This document shows, piece after piece, positions 39,110 to 51,299 of a stretch of DNA of 64,000 bases. Every line of letters begins with the position of its first letter. Positions within the stretch are counted from its first letter, which is position 1. A program made the translations under genes and the position numbers. Location: assembly GCF_000485595.1 (NCBI RefSeq), contig NW_014577063.1, positions 789,434-853,433 of the forward strand, written 5' to 3'. The notes beneath the pieces are model-generated. The model did no database searches. It worked only from the letters and a program-made list of their open reading frames with translations, and was not told the DNA's origin. Source of the DNA: Priapulus caudatus (Eukaryota).

Positions 39110-42100
39110 CTACTTCCCCCGCAGTTGTAACTTCCTAGATTGCTGAGAAAGTGACAAAAGACGCGCATAGAATCGAAATATCGTCTACACACAATTTCTA
39201 AATAACTTTTTCACATTCTCAACTATTCACATTTTCACGTCTAAGGAAAACATGAAAGAATGACATTACGACAGATTAGTTACAGACTTACCTTGCTATG
39301 TAGCAGTTCATTTAGTTCCGTGATCGTGTCCGTCTGCTGGGTTAGTTTGTCGTTCATTGTACACAGATGATCACTCATCATACTCAACTGCCCCTCGTAA
39401 TTCTTCGTTGTGGTCTGCAGCTCATCCTGCGCGTCAACCATTCAGAGGAATGTATAATATAGATATAATACGTCTATAAATATATTCTATATTACACTCC
39501 TGAACTAATCATAGTGTAAACTCTTGTGCACGTTCACTAACACTGACAAAATCACGAATCCAGACGAAAAAAATGGGATAAATTTTCAAGGAAGAGATCT
39601 AATTTTAAACTAGAACTAGAGCACTCGGAGAGCACAGACCTCCGGCAAGGCAGCTGAATTCTCTCAATGTGAAATTTTTTATTAATTAATTAATTAAGTG
39701 GAAAAATTAATTAATTAATTAAATAATTAATTGGATCCGGATTAGTGCGAGCGTGCAGGTGGGGGAGGACTGTGGTTGCCCCTTAGCCTGTGGTTGCGTG
39801 TTTGTAAGTCTACAGCCAGCGCACCTAGCGGAAGTGAACTGAAACGTGCATGGTAACACACAAACACACAAACCAACACTCAAAAACTCGCCGGTGAAAA
39901 CATAACCCCCGCCATGGAGGTAATGCCATGGAGGTAATTACTGACAACCAGTAAATGTATAGGCACGAACACAAAGTGTGTGTGATAGTGTAAGTGCAGT
40001 ACCTTTAGGCTAGAGACCTGAACTATGAGCTGGTCCCTCTCACACTCCGCAAGCTGCAGTCGCCGGTGCAAAGTTTTCAGCTAGAACACAATAGTGACTC
40101 GTATCACAACTACGTTCACCAAATATGCAATAAAATTACGAGAATGTCCTACAATTAATCTATGCTTACATATAATTGTAGCAGTTGTGAAATGGACTCA
40201 TTAACCAATATGTCTGTGTGGATGCGTACCCGCATGCGTGTGCATTAAATGTTGACAGATTGATAGAACATCAGACCCAAAATTCAAATGTAAATTAATA
40301 AAAAATCCAATATTAAATGCCCAAAGTTCATGCCGAATGTAAATGAGCATACACAAGATAACTGTGTGTCAATACCTCTGCATGAAACAATACACTTTTA
40401 CTGTCAGCAAGCTGAAGGTCTTGTGATATGGCTGATATCCTATCATTGAAATGCGTACGAATGAGCGTCTCCCTCATGTGGTAATCACTGGATGAACTAG
40501 CAACCTGAAACGAGCAAAAAATAATGAAGGAATAAAAAGTTTGAATGATAGAAATCAGCCAAGTGAATTAGAAACAAGGAATGAAAAGGGGACAGTCAGA
40601 AAATGAGATGAGACTAGGAATGGGGTAGTTCAGTGAACAGCTACGATGTCAAGGAGGAAAGATGAGCAAGTTATGTATTAGCTATTATTTATTAGTTGTT
40701 AGAAATACGAGTAATATATAACGGAAATCAGTTAATAGAGAGCTCAATAGATGCAGAATACTTACTAACAGCTATTATGACTAATTATTATTATATGTAT
40801 TACTTCTTTAATATTGACACAAATTTGTTCAACGACTGTAAATGTATTCCTCCAATCGGCTGATTCATTAATATTCCTCGAGTTTTCTACACAATGAAAT
40901 CAACTGACGTACATCTGTGTTGTTATCTTTCTGCTGGTGCTGCTGCTGGGCTGTGTCACTGGCTGGCTGCACAAAATTTGGAGCATCTGATATCATCTTC
41001 TCCAAGCGAATCTGCAGCAGTTTTGCCTCCAGCATCCAATGCTCCTTCTCCTGTTCCAGCTTGCTGATTCTCTCCGTCAAATACGTGACCTGTCGTACCG
41101 AGGGAATCATTTACTCGTTCTCGTCAGTTGATTTGTTAACTAGTTGAGATTTCACACCGAATATTTGAAATTGCACTGGAAATTAGTGTCGCACCATATG
41201 CGCACACACAGCATGCACATACTATAAGCACTAAACTCGCCTGTTGAGAAAGATTCTCCCTGCTCTCTGAGCAGCTCTGTAGTGTCCTGCTGTTACTCAC
41301 TGCCGTCTCGTAGGGAATGCTCTCCCGAACAGGCTGTAACAGACGTCTCACATAAGCCAACATGTACATGCTTCAATCATTCTCGTCTGAGACCAGTGTC
41401 TCATTCCCTCACACTACTGACTTAAGCGTGAGTGAAAAATGCTTGTTAGGTACGCATGCGTCTTCGAATATACCTATAAGTATATATTTATATTGAGTAG
41501 GTCTGTAAATGAAGATGTATATGAATGTTATAGTCAATATTTATATACCCTATTGAGCAGTTTCATGTACTCAGCAGCCTGCTGTCGCAGAGCGCCACCT
41601 ATTGGTAAAGCTCTATGACCATCTCGTGGAATCGTGCTCTTTAGAAATACCAGATTCGAGGCCAGAAATGTTGAGATCTGGAAGCAACAAAATGTAGTTT
41701 CCACAAGGTGAGGAGAATGCATCCGGAACCTAGTGGACTCGCAAACAAGTTTGTCTGCAGTCATTTTGTTAGAATGCACATCTATGCACCTCTTAGGAAA
41801 TACCTGTTCAGCTGTTATTTTGAATTGACTGCAATCATTCAAATATGCACCATTATACTGGCACCAATTATCCAGATATATATTATTCATACATTCTTTT
41901 CATACATACATTTCATACAATACGTGGATTAAAATACAAACATAAGTATTTGGCTAGTACCTTACTTGGAATAGCACATTATCAATCAAATACATCTACT
42001 TTTAGGGGATAGCTATGCTCTATCAAACTGTAAGCTACAACACAAAATACGCACATGAATATCCACAAACAAACTAACGCACGCACGCACGCACTCACTC

Positions 42101-45100
42101 ACTCACTCACTCACTCACTCACTCACTCACTCACTCACTCACTCACTCACTCACTCACTCACTCACTCACTCACGCTTGCACGCACACAGGGGTGCATAC
42201 ATACCTTCCCAGTGCATGTTACGAGTGAGATTAGTGAAGAGACAAGACATTCATTTGTAGTTCTCAACTTCTTGCTTGCAGTTGGTAGCTGATGCTCTAG
42301 CAGAATTTTTGACTTGTAAACTTTCGACAGATCTGAAATGTTAGCAACGCAATACATGTGTCATGCCACAGCAGGTATGGTAGTTAAGGAATATACCACT
42401 ACACTCACTGGTGCATTCAGTGTAGACAAATAAAGTTATACTGCAATTGTGCAAGCGCAGAAAGGATTAATGACTTACCCTTCACCTTGTCATTTAAGTC
42501 TTGCACAGTCAGAGCAAGTTGCTCCAGCATCCGAGGCTGATTCGCTCGCACAAAATCACATGACTGCTCACCTACCAATCGGAACCCGTTTACAGAAATT
42601 ATATCACATACCTCATTTTATTATTGTTTCACTACACATTTCCTCATCACATACCCAAAGTAAACAATGCCATTTAAATGGAGAAGGTAATCAATGATGT
42701 TTTCTTTGTCATCATTTTTTCCCATAACATAGTTTAATTAGAACAGAATAGTGCTGGAATCAAAACACAATATGTATAATGTTGTGTTAGTTGCCAGGGC
42801 CATTAATTGAACCTATATGTAATTACACGTGCTCATATATCTTTCTTACTCAACTTGCAGATTTGGAATGTCAGTCCAGTAAAACGTAGCAAGTGTGTAC
42901 ATACTCTGGTGACCTAAAAGAGCTAGGCAAGAGTCGACGCGTGTCAGTGCTGTCAGCAGTTTAGCCACGGCATTATGCAGCTCAGAATTCTTCTCCTTCA
43001 GGGCCTTAGTGCAGGTAGAAGCTTTGCTCTCCTCTTCAATACTGGGGAATGGCATAAACAGACTCAGCGCAAGATACACCTCATAGGTATTGCAGTTAAA
43101 TTTCAATATTCATGTTACTTTTCTACATTTGTTAACTATCTTGCAGCTATAACTTATACCAAGAGCTCATAATAGAGAAGAGTATGACACCGTTTTAACA
43201 GCGTTTTGCATAGTTTTCAACTTGTAAATATTCTATCAATATGTGAATAAATATATTCAAACTTTACCTTGTTTTCGCCTATGATTCTCCCTTAATCATA
43301 TGACACCACCAATTTACCTGAAAATCGTATGTGATCAAAAATGTTCTTTGAATACGAAACGGTTTCACAGTTTTCCCAAATGGTCGCATCTGTTCGGCGC
43401 ATGTTGATATGCGGCGGCAGCACCAGGTTGTAACTACGGGACGCTGGGGGCTGTTGGGGATATTAGGTAAGCACAGTAGCAGCACTTGTTTCGCTTCCTT
43501 ATCATCAGGAACACGATGGTAACACAGCTAAAATCAGCTGCTAGCTCGCCGTGAGCACACATTTATTTCTAGCACGCTGGAAACGCTACACGCTGAATAC
43601 AATTCGATGCCCAATATCCCCAACAGCCCCACTTTTTTGAAGAACACATACGATTTTCAGGTAAATTAGTGGTGTCATATGATTAAGGGAGAATCATAGA
43701 CGAAAACAAGGTAAAGTTTGAATATATTTATTCACTTATTGATAGAATATTTACAAGTTGAAAACTATGCAAAACGCTGTTAAAACGGTGTCATACTCTT
43801 CTCTATTATGAGCTCTTGCTTATACCTTATATATTAACCATCTTTAGAAATGCAACACTAATAATTTCAGTACATATAACATATCAATTTAAAAACAGGC
43901 ACAAGATATTACATCGAAACCATGAATTCATACGGCCACAGGATTTCAATTGTAGTAGGATTTATTATAAAAAATATTGTGTGTACCTCAGTAGCTGGTA
44001 AGGTAGTAATTTTTCATGATATGTCACATATTCATGGAAACTACTTGCAAATGTTTTTAAGCCTGATGCAGTATCCTGCAAAAACCAGTAATAATGACAT
44101 GATTATGGACAGCACGTACAGAAAATTTAATCAAAGAACAAAGTTGCAATTTGCGTACGAAAGAGTCGATTAACGGACTCTGACATTAAACTCACTAGCG
44201 TTGTCATTGTGTCATCTCTCACTGTCTCCTGAAAACTCCTGAAGGAGAGTTCAACAGCTCGAAGGTACTGGCTGTTTTCATGTAAGAATTTGCAAAGCTG
44301 AAAGAAGTACGTATACATATTTATCGTAATTTTCCGAAGTATTTTCCTATTAGTATATCATCATGAAATATTTAGGATTCCTTTGGATTGTTAACTTATC
44401 ATAACTATAACTTATATATTAATTAGAGTAACTGCAATGCAATCCACAGAAGGAACTATATATTAAGAACTGTTGGAAACTGTAAAATAACATGTAGCTC
44501 CACTATAAATCCAAAAAAGGAATATTAATTACATAGCTGCGATACTTGGCAAACCAATAAATTAACTAATCACTCAATAACAATCTTGACCTATGAGCGA
44601 ATTTAAAGAATTTGACAGAAAAATCCATTATTATTACCTGTACATTAACATTGCTCATGTGCTCAGTGCTGCCATCTATTGGGTATATTTGGCAACGCTG
44701 TTCCGTGTAAGTGTGGTAGTTGGAGAAGGTCGACGAAAACTCTTTCACTAAGCTGGCTAGTTGTGCGACAAGCTCCTGCAGCTTATCTTGCTGGAGTCGG
44801 TTGTACGGCATCACATTTACAGCTGACAGCTCGATGACCTCTGACAAGATTAGAAACAGGATTAATAAAGATAAAATATGGATAAATAACATTAGATCAG
44901 CAGTACATTGTTGTTTTTCACTGGTTGAATTTTAATTGCTGGTTCCTAATCAGGAGGAAATAAGAATGAGTTGTAGATACAGATTTAATGATTTATACGG
45001 TGCATTCCCACCCACATATTGCGACTTGTTTGTGATATAATATCAAGAGCGTATAAAGAAGGAGAGCGTACAACGGTAAAATGCTGAAACCATGTTGCAG

Positions 45101-46810
45101 TATTAGTCGAATTAAGTCGGTCGCAGTACTGACTAATGTTGAGTCGGTGTTCGGCGAAAATACCAGATTTTCACCGCTCATTATCTCAGCATAGGGGCAT
45201 CGTAGGAACATGCGGTTTGTTTTATATTAACAAGGTAGGACAGCTGATCAATAATACTGCAAAGAATCGTCAAAATAAAACGGGGAAAGTTTATTAATTC
45301 GACTAATACTGCAACATGGTTTCAGCATTTTACCGTTGTACGCCTTCTCCTTCTACGCTCTCTCTTTATACGCTCTTGATATTATACTTCAGGTACTAAA
45401 GATATAGAGCTACTACTACTACTACTACTACTACTCAATGTATGCACATGTTTGAAATGTACACAAAATTGATATCTAGAGTCTGCCAGTTGTAAATTTC
45501 CTCATACATGTCTAATTCATTACCTGGCTACACAACTAATGACATAACTGTTTTGTAATATGGGATATCAATGAAGAATATAGCGAGAGATTCCGTTTAG
45601 ACCATCTATCATAGGAATTTTCTCAGACAAACCTTATAGTGACATACACTAGTGAAGAATAGTGCAGGATGCTTACTACTGTCATTGAATGGAAGTTTCT
45701 CCTGTATGATATGTGTGGCTGCCTGCAGAGAAGTACTCAACTCCCCATGCACAGTCCTCAGTTGTTCCTCGCTGCAACAGGAATAGATGCCACACTTTTA
45801 TTAATGTATATGAAATGTATATATAATAAAGCAGCGCTTCTTAAACTGGTAAATGGTTCACCCAAGGGTGAATAAAATTATTTTGGGGTGAATGAATCAT
45901 ACTGAAAACATAAGAAAATTTAGTCATGGGTGAATGAAATTTTGTGATAAAGACTCGAGGGTAAATGACACTGAAATAGTTTAAGGAGCACTGCACTAAA
46001 GCAACAACTATTTGGTTGAGGTAACGTGCACCTATATCATTCTCTTGATTATAATGAATAACATGGAGATATACATATAATGTAGAAACTCGTAAATGTG
46101 TAAACTGTTTAATATTTACCTACATCAGTACATTGTAATATAATTGCTTGTGACAATTTTTACAATATAAAACTGCACACATTTTTCATTCATGGTGTAC
46201 GTTGTATTTGATTAAATTAAAACATTGATGATTGTTTAGTATTTTGAAAAGCCAAGCACAAAAATACCTTGTAGAGGCTTCCAGCTTTGCATGATGAGTT
46301 TCCTTTTCACTTTTCTGCAATTTAACCTAGCAAAAACACAATAATAAAACACTGAGTAGGAAATTCAAATAAATGTGTAACACATAATTAAAAACATTTT
46401 GGCAATCATTAATTCATATTATTTTAAAAGAAAATCAGCAAGATTTGGATGCTATAAAAACAACAACCAAAGACTTGAATTGTTTGCAAGGATTACAATA
46501 CATGCTTTGCCAAGCTGTGGCATTAATTGTCAGCAATAAATGAGTAATGATTAAAAAAACTACTTCTGTAAGCAAGAATTTGGGAACGTACAAGTTCTAC
46601 AAATTGCAAATACTTTTGCTACATAAATTATGTCATAATGCACACCTCTAGGATTGCTTTATCTTGCTGCAGCTTATCCACCAGACTTCGATGCTTTATG
46701 TCGGTCGTCCTGACAACACTATCGTGCTGTGCCGTGTGGTGTTCTAGGTTAGCAATCCGATCACGAAGCTCCATCACAGTCTTCTTGTATACTGCTTCTT
46801 TCTCGTACAA
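39110..46810 (-). CDS. PPP1R21: PPP1R21 (KLRAQ1/CCDC128, FERRY complex subunit) exons 5-20: 46810-46646, 46326-46268, 45771-45677, 44840-44638, 44297-44196, 44075-43987, 43041-42905, 42571-42479, 42332-42205, 41677-41549, 41333-41241, 41089-40913, 40504-40376, 40080-40003, 39426-39292, 39142-39110
   Basis: Phase-consistent splicing gives one open frame with motifs matching remembered human PPP1R21: EKLPFND, NYHTYTEQRCQIYPID, EHQLPTASKKLRTTNECL, ESIPYETA...SESRENLSQQ, ISKLEQEKEHWMLEA, LQLADSKSV, DELQTTTKNYEGQLSMMSDHLCTMNDKL. Confidence 0.95.
39609..39937 (-). mobile_element. Helentron-associated (HINE/DINE-1-like) non-autonomous element in a PPP1R21 intron
   Basis: One end is actagagcactcggagagcacagacctccggcaagg; the other is acataacccccgccatggaggtaa, preceded by ACAA/ACAC repeats. 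Sub-terminal inverted repeat acctcc/ggaggt with terminal hairpins. Confidence 0.65.
42081..42174. repeat. (CACT)n microsatellite
   Basis: Seen directly. Confidence 0.97.
43160..43818. mobile_element. CAAGAGC-terminus fold-back element, ~170-bp arms, 7-bp TSD cttatac
   Basis: caagagctcataatagagaagagtatgacaccg ... cggtgtcatactcttctctattatgagctcttg; TSD at 43153-43159 and 43819-43825. Confidence 0.92.
45044..45378. mobile_element. CAAGAGC-terminus fold-back element, ~70-bp arms
   Basis: caagagcgtataaaga ... tctttatacgctcttg; flanks ataatat / atattat (6 of 7 match). Confidence 0.85.
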
Positions 46811-46911
46811 CTGCATGACACGTATTAGCTCCTTATTTACATAGGTCAAAGATGCGCAGTAGATAAAAAATATACACACATCTAGCATGACTCATGGATG
46901 CTTTAGCCAAT

Positions 46912-47150
46912 CACTGAATCAAGAATGAATCATTGAATCACCAAGCTGTGATAAGGGGTTCTAAAAGATGATGGCTAGTCCATTACCTCCTTTTGAAGCT
47001 GGACATTTGAATTGAATCATTGAGTCATTCAATCACAAAACTGTGATAAGACATTCTAAAAGACCATGCCTAGTCCATTACATCCCTATGAAGCTGGACA
47101 TTTGAATTGAATCATTCAATCATTCAATCACCAAGCTGTGATGACATTCT
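46912..47150. repeat. ~90-100 bp tandem repeat containing copies of the PPP1R21 exon 4 donor region
   Basis: ctagtccattac(c/a)tcc...agctgg at ~46976 and ~47070 matches the true exon 4/intron 4 junction at ~48500 and ~59933. Confidence 0.8.
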
Positions 47151-47151
47151 A

Positions 47152-48487
47152 AACAAGTGCCGCAGAGCGACAGCGCTCATCTAACGTCTACTGGCGGTGA
47201 ACTCTGTGGTGGAGTGGTGGATCTAGTAAAACCCTGCTTAGTCCCAAATCGTTCACGATACACGGCGCGCGAAACAAGTGGAATGCAGCAGGGATGGTAT
47301 CAGGAACCTCCTCAAAAGAATGTTCGTTGGGATCGTTATGAAAGGTTCCACGAGAATGGAGCGTAACGTTTAAGTGGTCTTCAGATTAAAGATGGAAGCT
47401 CGCACATCATACGTAGTAGGGCAACAACTATCTGCAAGACAGAATAGGCTAAGTGGTGGGTAACCAGCTCATCCATTTACCTACGCAAGCCTTACAGGCT
47501 GCGCCAATCTAGATGAAGCTGCACCATGTAACCAATAAGGGCAAAAACTCATCACAGTACCAACACCACCTGTCACTGGTCTAGTCACAGCCACGGCAGT
47601 GAGCCAGAATACCGTTACATGTAAAATACATGACACTACAGAATCGCCATATAAATTATACGATTTAAAGGAGCATAAACAATCTTATACCAAATTTGAG
47701 CTTTGAATTTCAAACTGTGACATTGTAGCCATATGACATCCAGGCATGTATACGATCTACTAGCAACCGGCAGTCAAATTCTTTCTAACATGACAGTCAA
47801 AAATCCATGTTTAAACGACCTCCTGCTTGAAGGGTCAAAAAGGTTATCTGACACTTACTCTTACGCATGTCACGGCAGAGAAGTAGACTTCATGTCCTTT
47901 CAAAAAAATAATGCCATAAAAATGGCTAGTCAGCCCGCTCGAAACAAAAAATTTTTCAATCGCGTCCGTCAGACCAATGTCCTCAGAAAATGTCAAAATC
48001 TGCCCTGTGGCCCATTGACCTTTTGACTCTGTGAACCGTCCAATTTCGGCATTTCAGTGATGGCCGTACCATGATCCTCATACAACCGAACTAATCACGA
48101 AGCCTTAGGTCCGAGCCTTTAGATTTGTGCCGCAATTACCGCATTCCCTGATCCGCGTATAGAACCCCCCGTTAAAGTAAAGGCAGTGAATGTTCGCCGC
48201 GCTTCTTTTAACAACCGCTATGACCTTTGACCACACTTCGACCATCGGCCGAACAGCGGTCTTTCGGATTACCCTCCCCCACGATCACCGAATATATCGT
48301 AGACCAGTACTCGAGCACCACCGATTTGTAGATTATGTGTGGCCAGGCGACACACTCGTTTGACGGCGGCACCAGGACGCCGGCCATCGCTAGTAACGGA
48401 CCAGGACGGACGGACGGGACGATCATCCTTCTACGAGCACGAGCTCTACGAAGCTGCATCTGACTATCAGTCAGACTGAGACTAAAA
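47152..48487 (-). mobile_element. HINE-like element (GACG core repeats, CATCTGAC/GTCAGATG hairpin); low-quality copy
   Basis: Starts aacaagtgccgcagagcgacagcgctcatct and ends gctgcatctgact...tcaga...taaaaa; 47800-48487 is homologous to 54707-55284; interrupts the third tandem unit at an A-run. Confidence 0.7.
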
Positions 48488-48510
48488 ACCATGCCTACCT
48501 AGTCCATTAC

Positions 48511-50936
48511 CTCCGGTGCAGCTGGCGTTCTCAATCGATCATTACTCTGCTATGGTGTGCCTCCACGGAACAGGACCACTGCGTTGTTTCTAGTCGTGCA
48601 GTTGGCACAGGACAACTGGAGACTGTGCCGCTTGCCCATTGTCTGTTCTGGCACACAGATCAGTCAATTCAATAATTTTAGCAAATTTAAATAACACGTA
48701 ATACCATCTGCAGGTGACACTAGTAGACCAGTTTGCAGACGTAGACAATGACAGAAATCTGTTTTTGGGGGTATTATCCTAACTAATTCGTCGCCAGACA
48801 AAATTGTCCTACTAGGGGTTGGTGTTTATTTTATCTAGTCTGTGTCTATACAACTAGGAGACTCATGTTCTCCATGCGCATACATGTAGTGACAGGTAAC
48901 TATCACACCGTTAACACTCACCTGCTTAGTGTTAGCATTATATTCGCAGGCAGTACTGCGTGCGGAATGAGGCTCAGCACACGACCTTAACTACATACAC
49001 ATGTCATACAACATGTATGAGAAAGACGCACATCATTTTCTTACTCAGTCCTTGCCATATAAAGAAGTTCATTCAGGACGTCTGTCGCATAATTTTTCTC
49101 AATGGTATAGATCAACAAAGTTCAGCTAGCTCTTACGCAGCAAAAGCATGATTCGAATAGAAAAAGTCTGAAGTCTCTGCAGTCTTATTGTCCCCAACAG
49201 AAACCAAAATCTAAGAGTGAATCTGTTATCTAAGTTAACATAAATGTACAAGTATTATTTCACTGAACCAAAGTATATGTAATTCCACAACAAAATCCCA
49301 AGTTGAAATTCCAATCATACAATGCCGGCAGTGCCACCTTTAATGTAAATTGCACGAATGTGGCGAACTCAAAATGTAACTTGGATTAAATCGCGAACTA
49401 AACTAAGCAATATGGAGGCAGTCATGTTCACCTTATTCCGTTTGGCGAGCCAACATGGTCATCACAAGCTCACCCTGGAGGAGAGTGGACACGTTTACGT
49501 CAGCATGAGGCATTTCGAACATCGAACTCTCATCTCTTGGTTGGAAAACTTTCGTATAGGCCTGATCTTTCTCCTTGACAATGTTTTCTAAAGCATAAAA
49601 GCATAAAGTAAAATATATATAATATAAATATATATATATATACTATAAACTTGCATGATCATACTGCAACTGGTAGTGGAGAACCTAATGAGCAGCCCAG
49701 TGCAGTAAATATATATATACAATTTTGATCAGTTGAGCCTAGTCTTACTTGGTGTTTAGGCAAGTTAAACTGCTCAATCTTGATAACCCTGTTTAAGGCA
49801 TTGTGTATTGTAAATGCATATTTGCCCCAGTAATGCAGAAATGTTGGCATGTTTAAGCTAATCTGAATTGGAAGTATATTATGCATGCTCAGGCCTCGTG
49901 CTTATTTTCAGATCTGGTTGCTCCCTGTCAAGCAACAGAAAAGGCAATTTTACTCTGGTTTTAACTTGTCAAAAATTTACTTGCAATCTAGAGCCGTTAA
50001 GGTACAATTTTTTAGTTCAGTGGTAATCATATTTACAGTAATATAATTATGGAAAATCGTAATGAAATTACACAACGTCTTATTTTTGCGAGCGTGATTG
50101 CGCAGCTTTTTCTCAATTCCAGGAAAGGAGTTTGCTGTCGCTCTCTCATACCAGGGCTGCCCACCCCCGTACATATTCAGTAAGAAACGTCCCACGGGAC
50201 TGAAACAATCGGCTAGCAGCTATACCCCCCACCCCCCGTTACTTTCAATCAATGCCTTCCAGCCAAGCAGGCGATGTACACAGCGCACGAGTCGTGCACA
50301 GCCGACAGACACGCGGTGCGGCGCGCTTCTTTTGCTCGACTTTCGAAAGAAGTACAAGTGTTAGAAATGCGTCATGCCGATAGCGCACCTGGCTCAAAGG
50401 ATGCTAGGAATTTACACAGCTGGACATTTTTTAGTTGTCCGATCGGGCAACATAAGCCAGAGAATAATTTGTTTCGACGTAGACTTTCACTTTCCGCGGC
50501 ACAATCGACAGACCGAGTTAGTGTCAAGGGCCTGCATCTGCTATACTTGCGTTACAGCAGAAACCAGATAACATAACAATAACAAAAATTCGGTATTCAT
50601 GATAATATATTTCAAGATATTCCTAATGCAACCAGTGGCTGCTTATTCTCTGCCACCTAGTGGTGATTTTCGAAAATATTGGAATTCAAGTTTTGTGAAA
50701 CTAACTGACAACAATGGATGGCATAAGTTCATTTTCCATTCTACCTAGCTCGCAACGCTGACCATGTCAGGTAACTCTAAGGCATGGTGTACGACAGACG
50801 TTTCTGCGTTGTGTTTTTTTTATCAAATTTGACAGTACTAGTATATAATAACTTACCTTTAGCTTGGCTTCTTTTGACTGTTCATCTAGCCCGACAACTT
50901 TCTGATCAGTACAGGAAAAACGCTTTGAGCCCGCAG
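48511..50936 (-). CDS. PPP1R21: PPP1R21 exons 2-4, in-place copies (50936-50857, 49587-49432, 48647-48511), frameshifted in this sequence
   Basis: Homologous to the clean copies at 59944-62155 but 80, 156 and 137 nt long instead of 69, 144 and 117 nt, because of many small insertions. Confidence 0.75.
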
Positions 50937-50992
50937 CTATAAATGTGAATCGATGAATATCCAATCATTATTAATATGATATGTTTAATTCT

Positions 50993-51299
50993 CAGGTCCG
51001 TTAGGGCCAGCCTTTATATTGGCGGGGGGGGGTCGTTATTTAAATGTTGGAAGATTGTGAGGCACTGAAGCGACCGAGCGAGGAGCAGTATGCGACCGAG
51101 CAGGGGTGAGGTGCTTGGATGGGGTGTCCCGCCTGCCCACACGATGAGATTTTGCGCAATTATTACACTAAAATGGAGTGATCTGGTGCATACCTGAGGC
51201 TGAAATTTCTTGCAATATTATATTTTTTGTTTGCCTGGGCGGGCCTTGAGGGGGGGGTGTTCGTAGCGAACCCCCGCAACCCCCCTTCTACGGGCCCTG
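50993..51299. mobile_element. hAT-like MITE (second copy at ~62209-62462)
   Basis: caggtccgttag ... ctacgggccctg termini; aattact on both flanks in the second copy. Confidence 0.6.

Noticed and set aside
48511..50936. PPP1R21 as a true pseudogene
   Set aside because: The other 17 exons are intact and an intact copy of these three exists in the window; the insertion-biased damage pattern fits sequencing noise.
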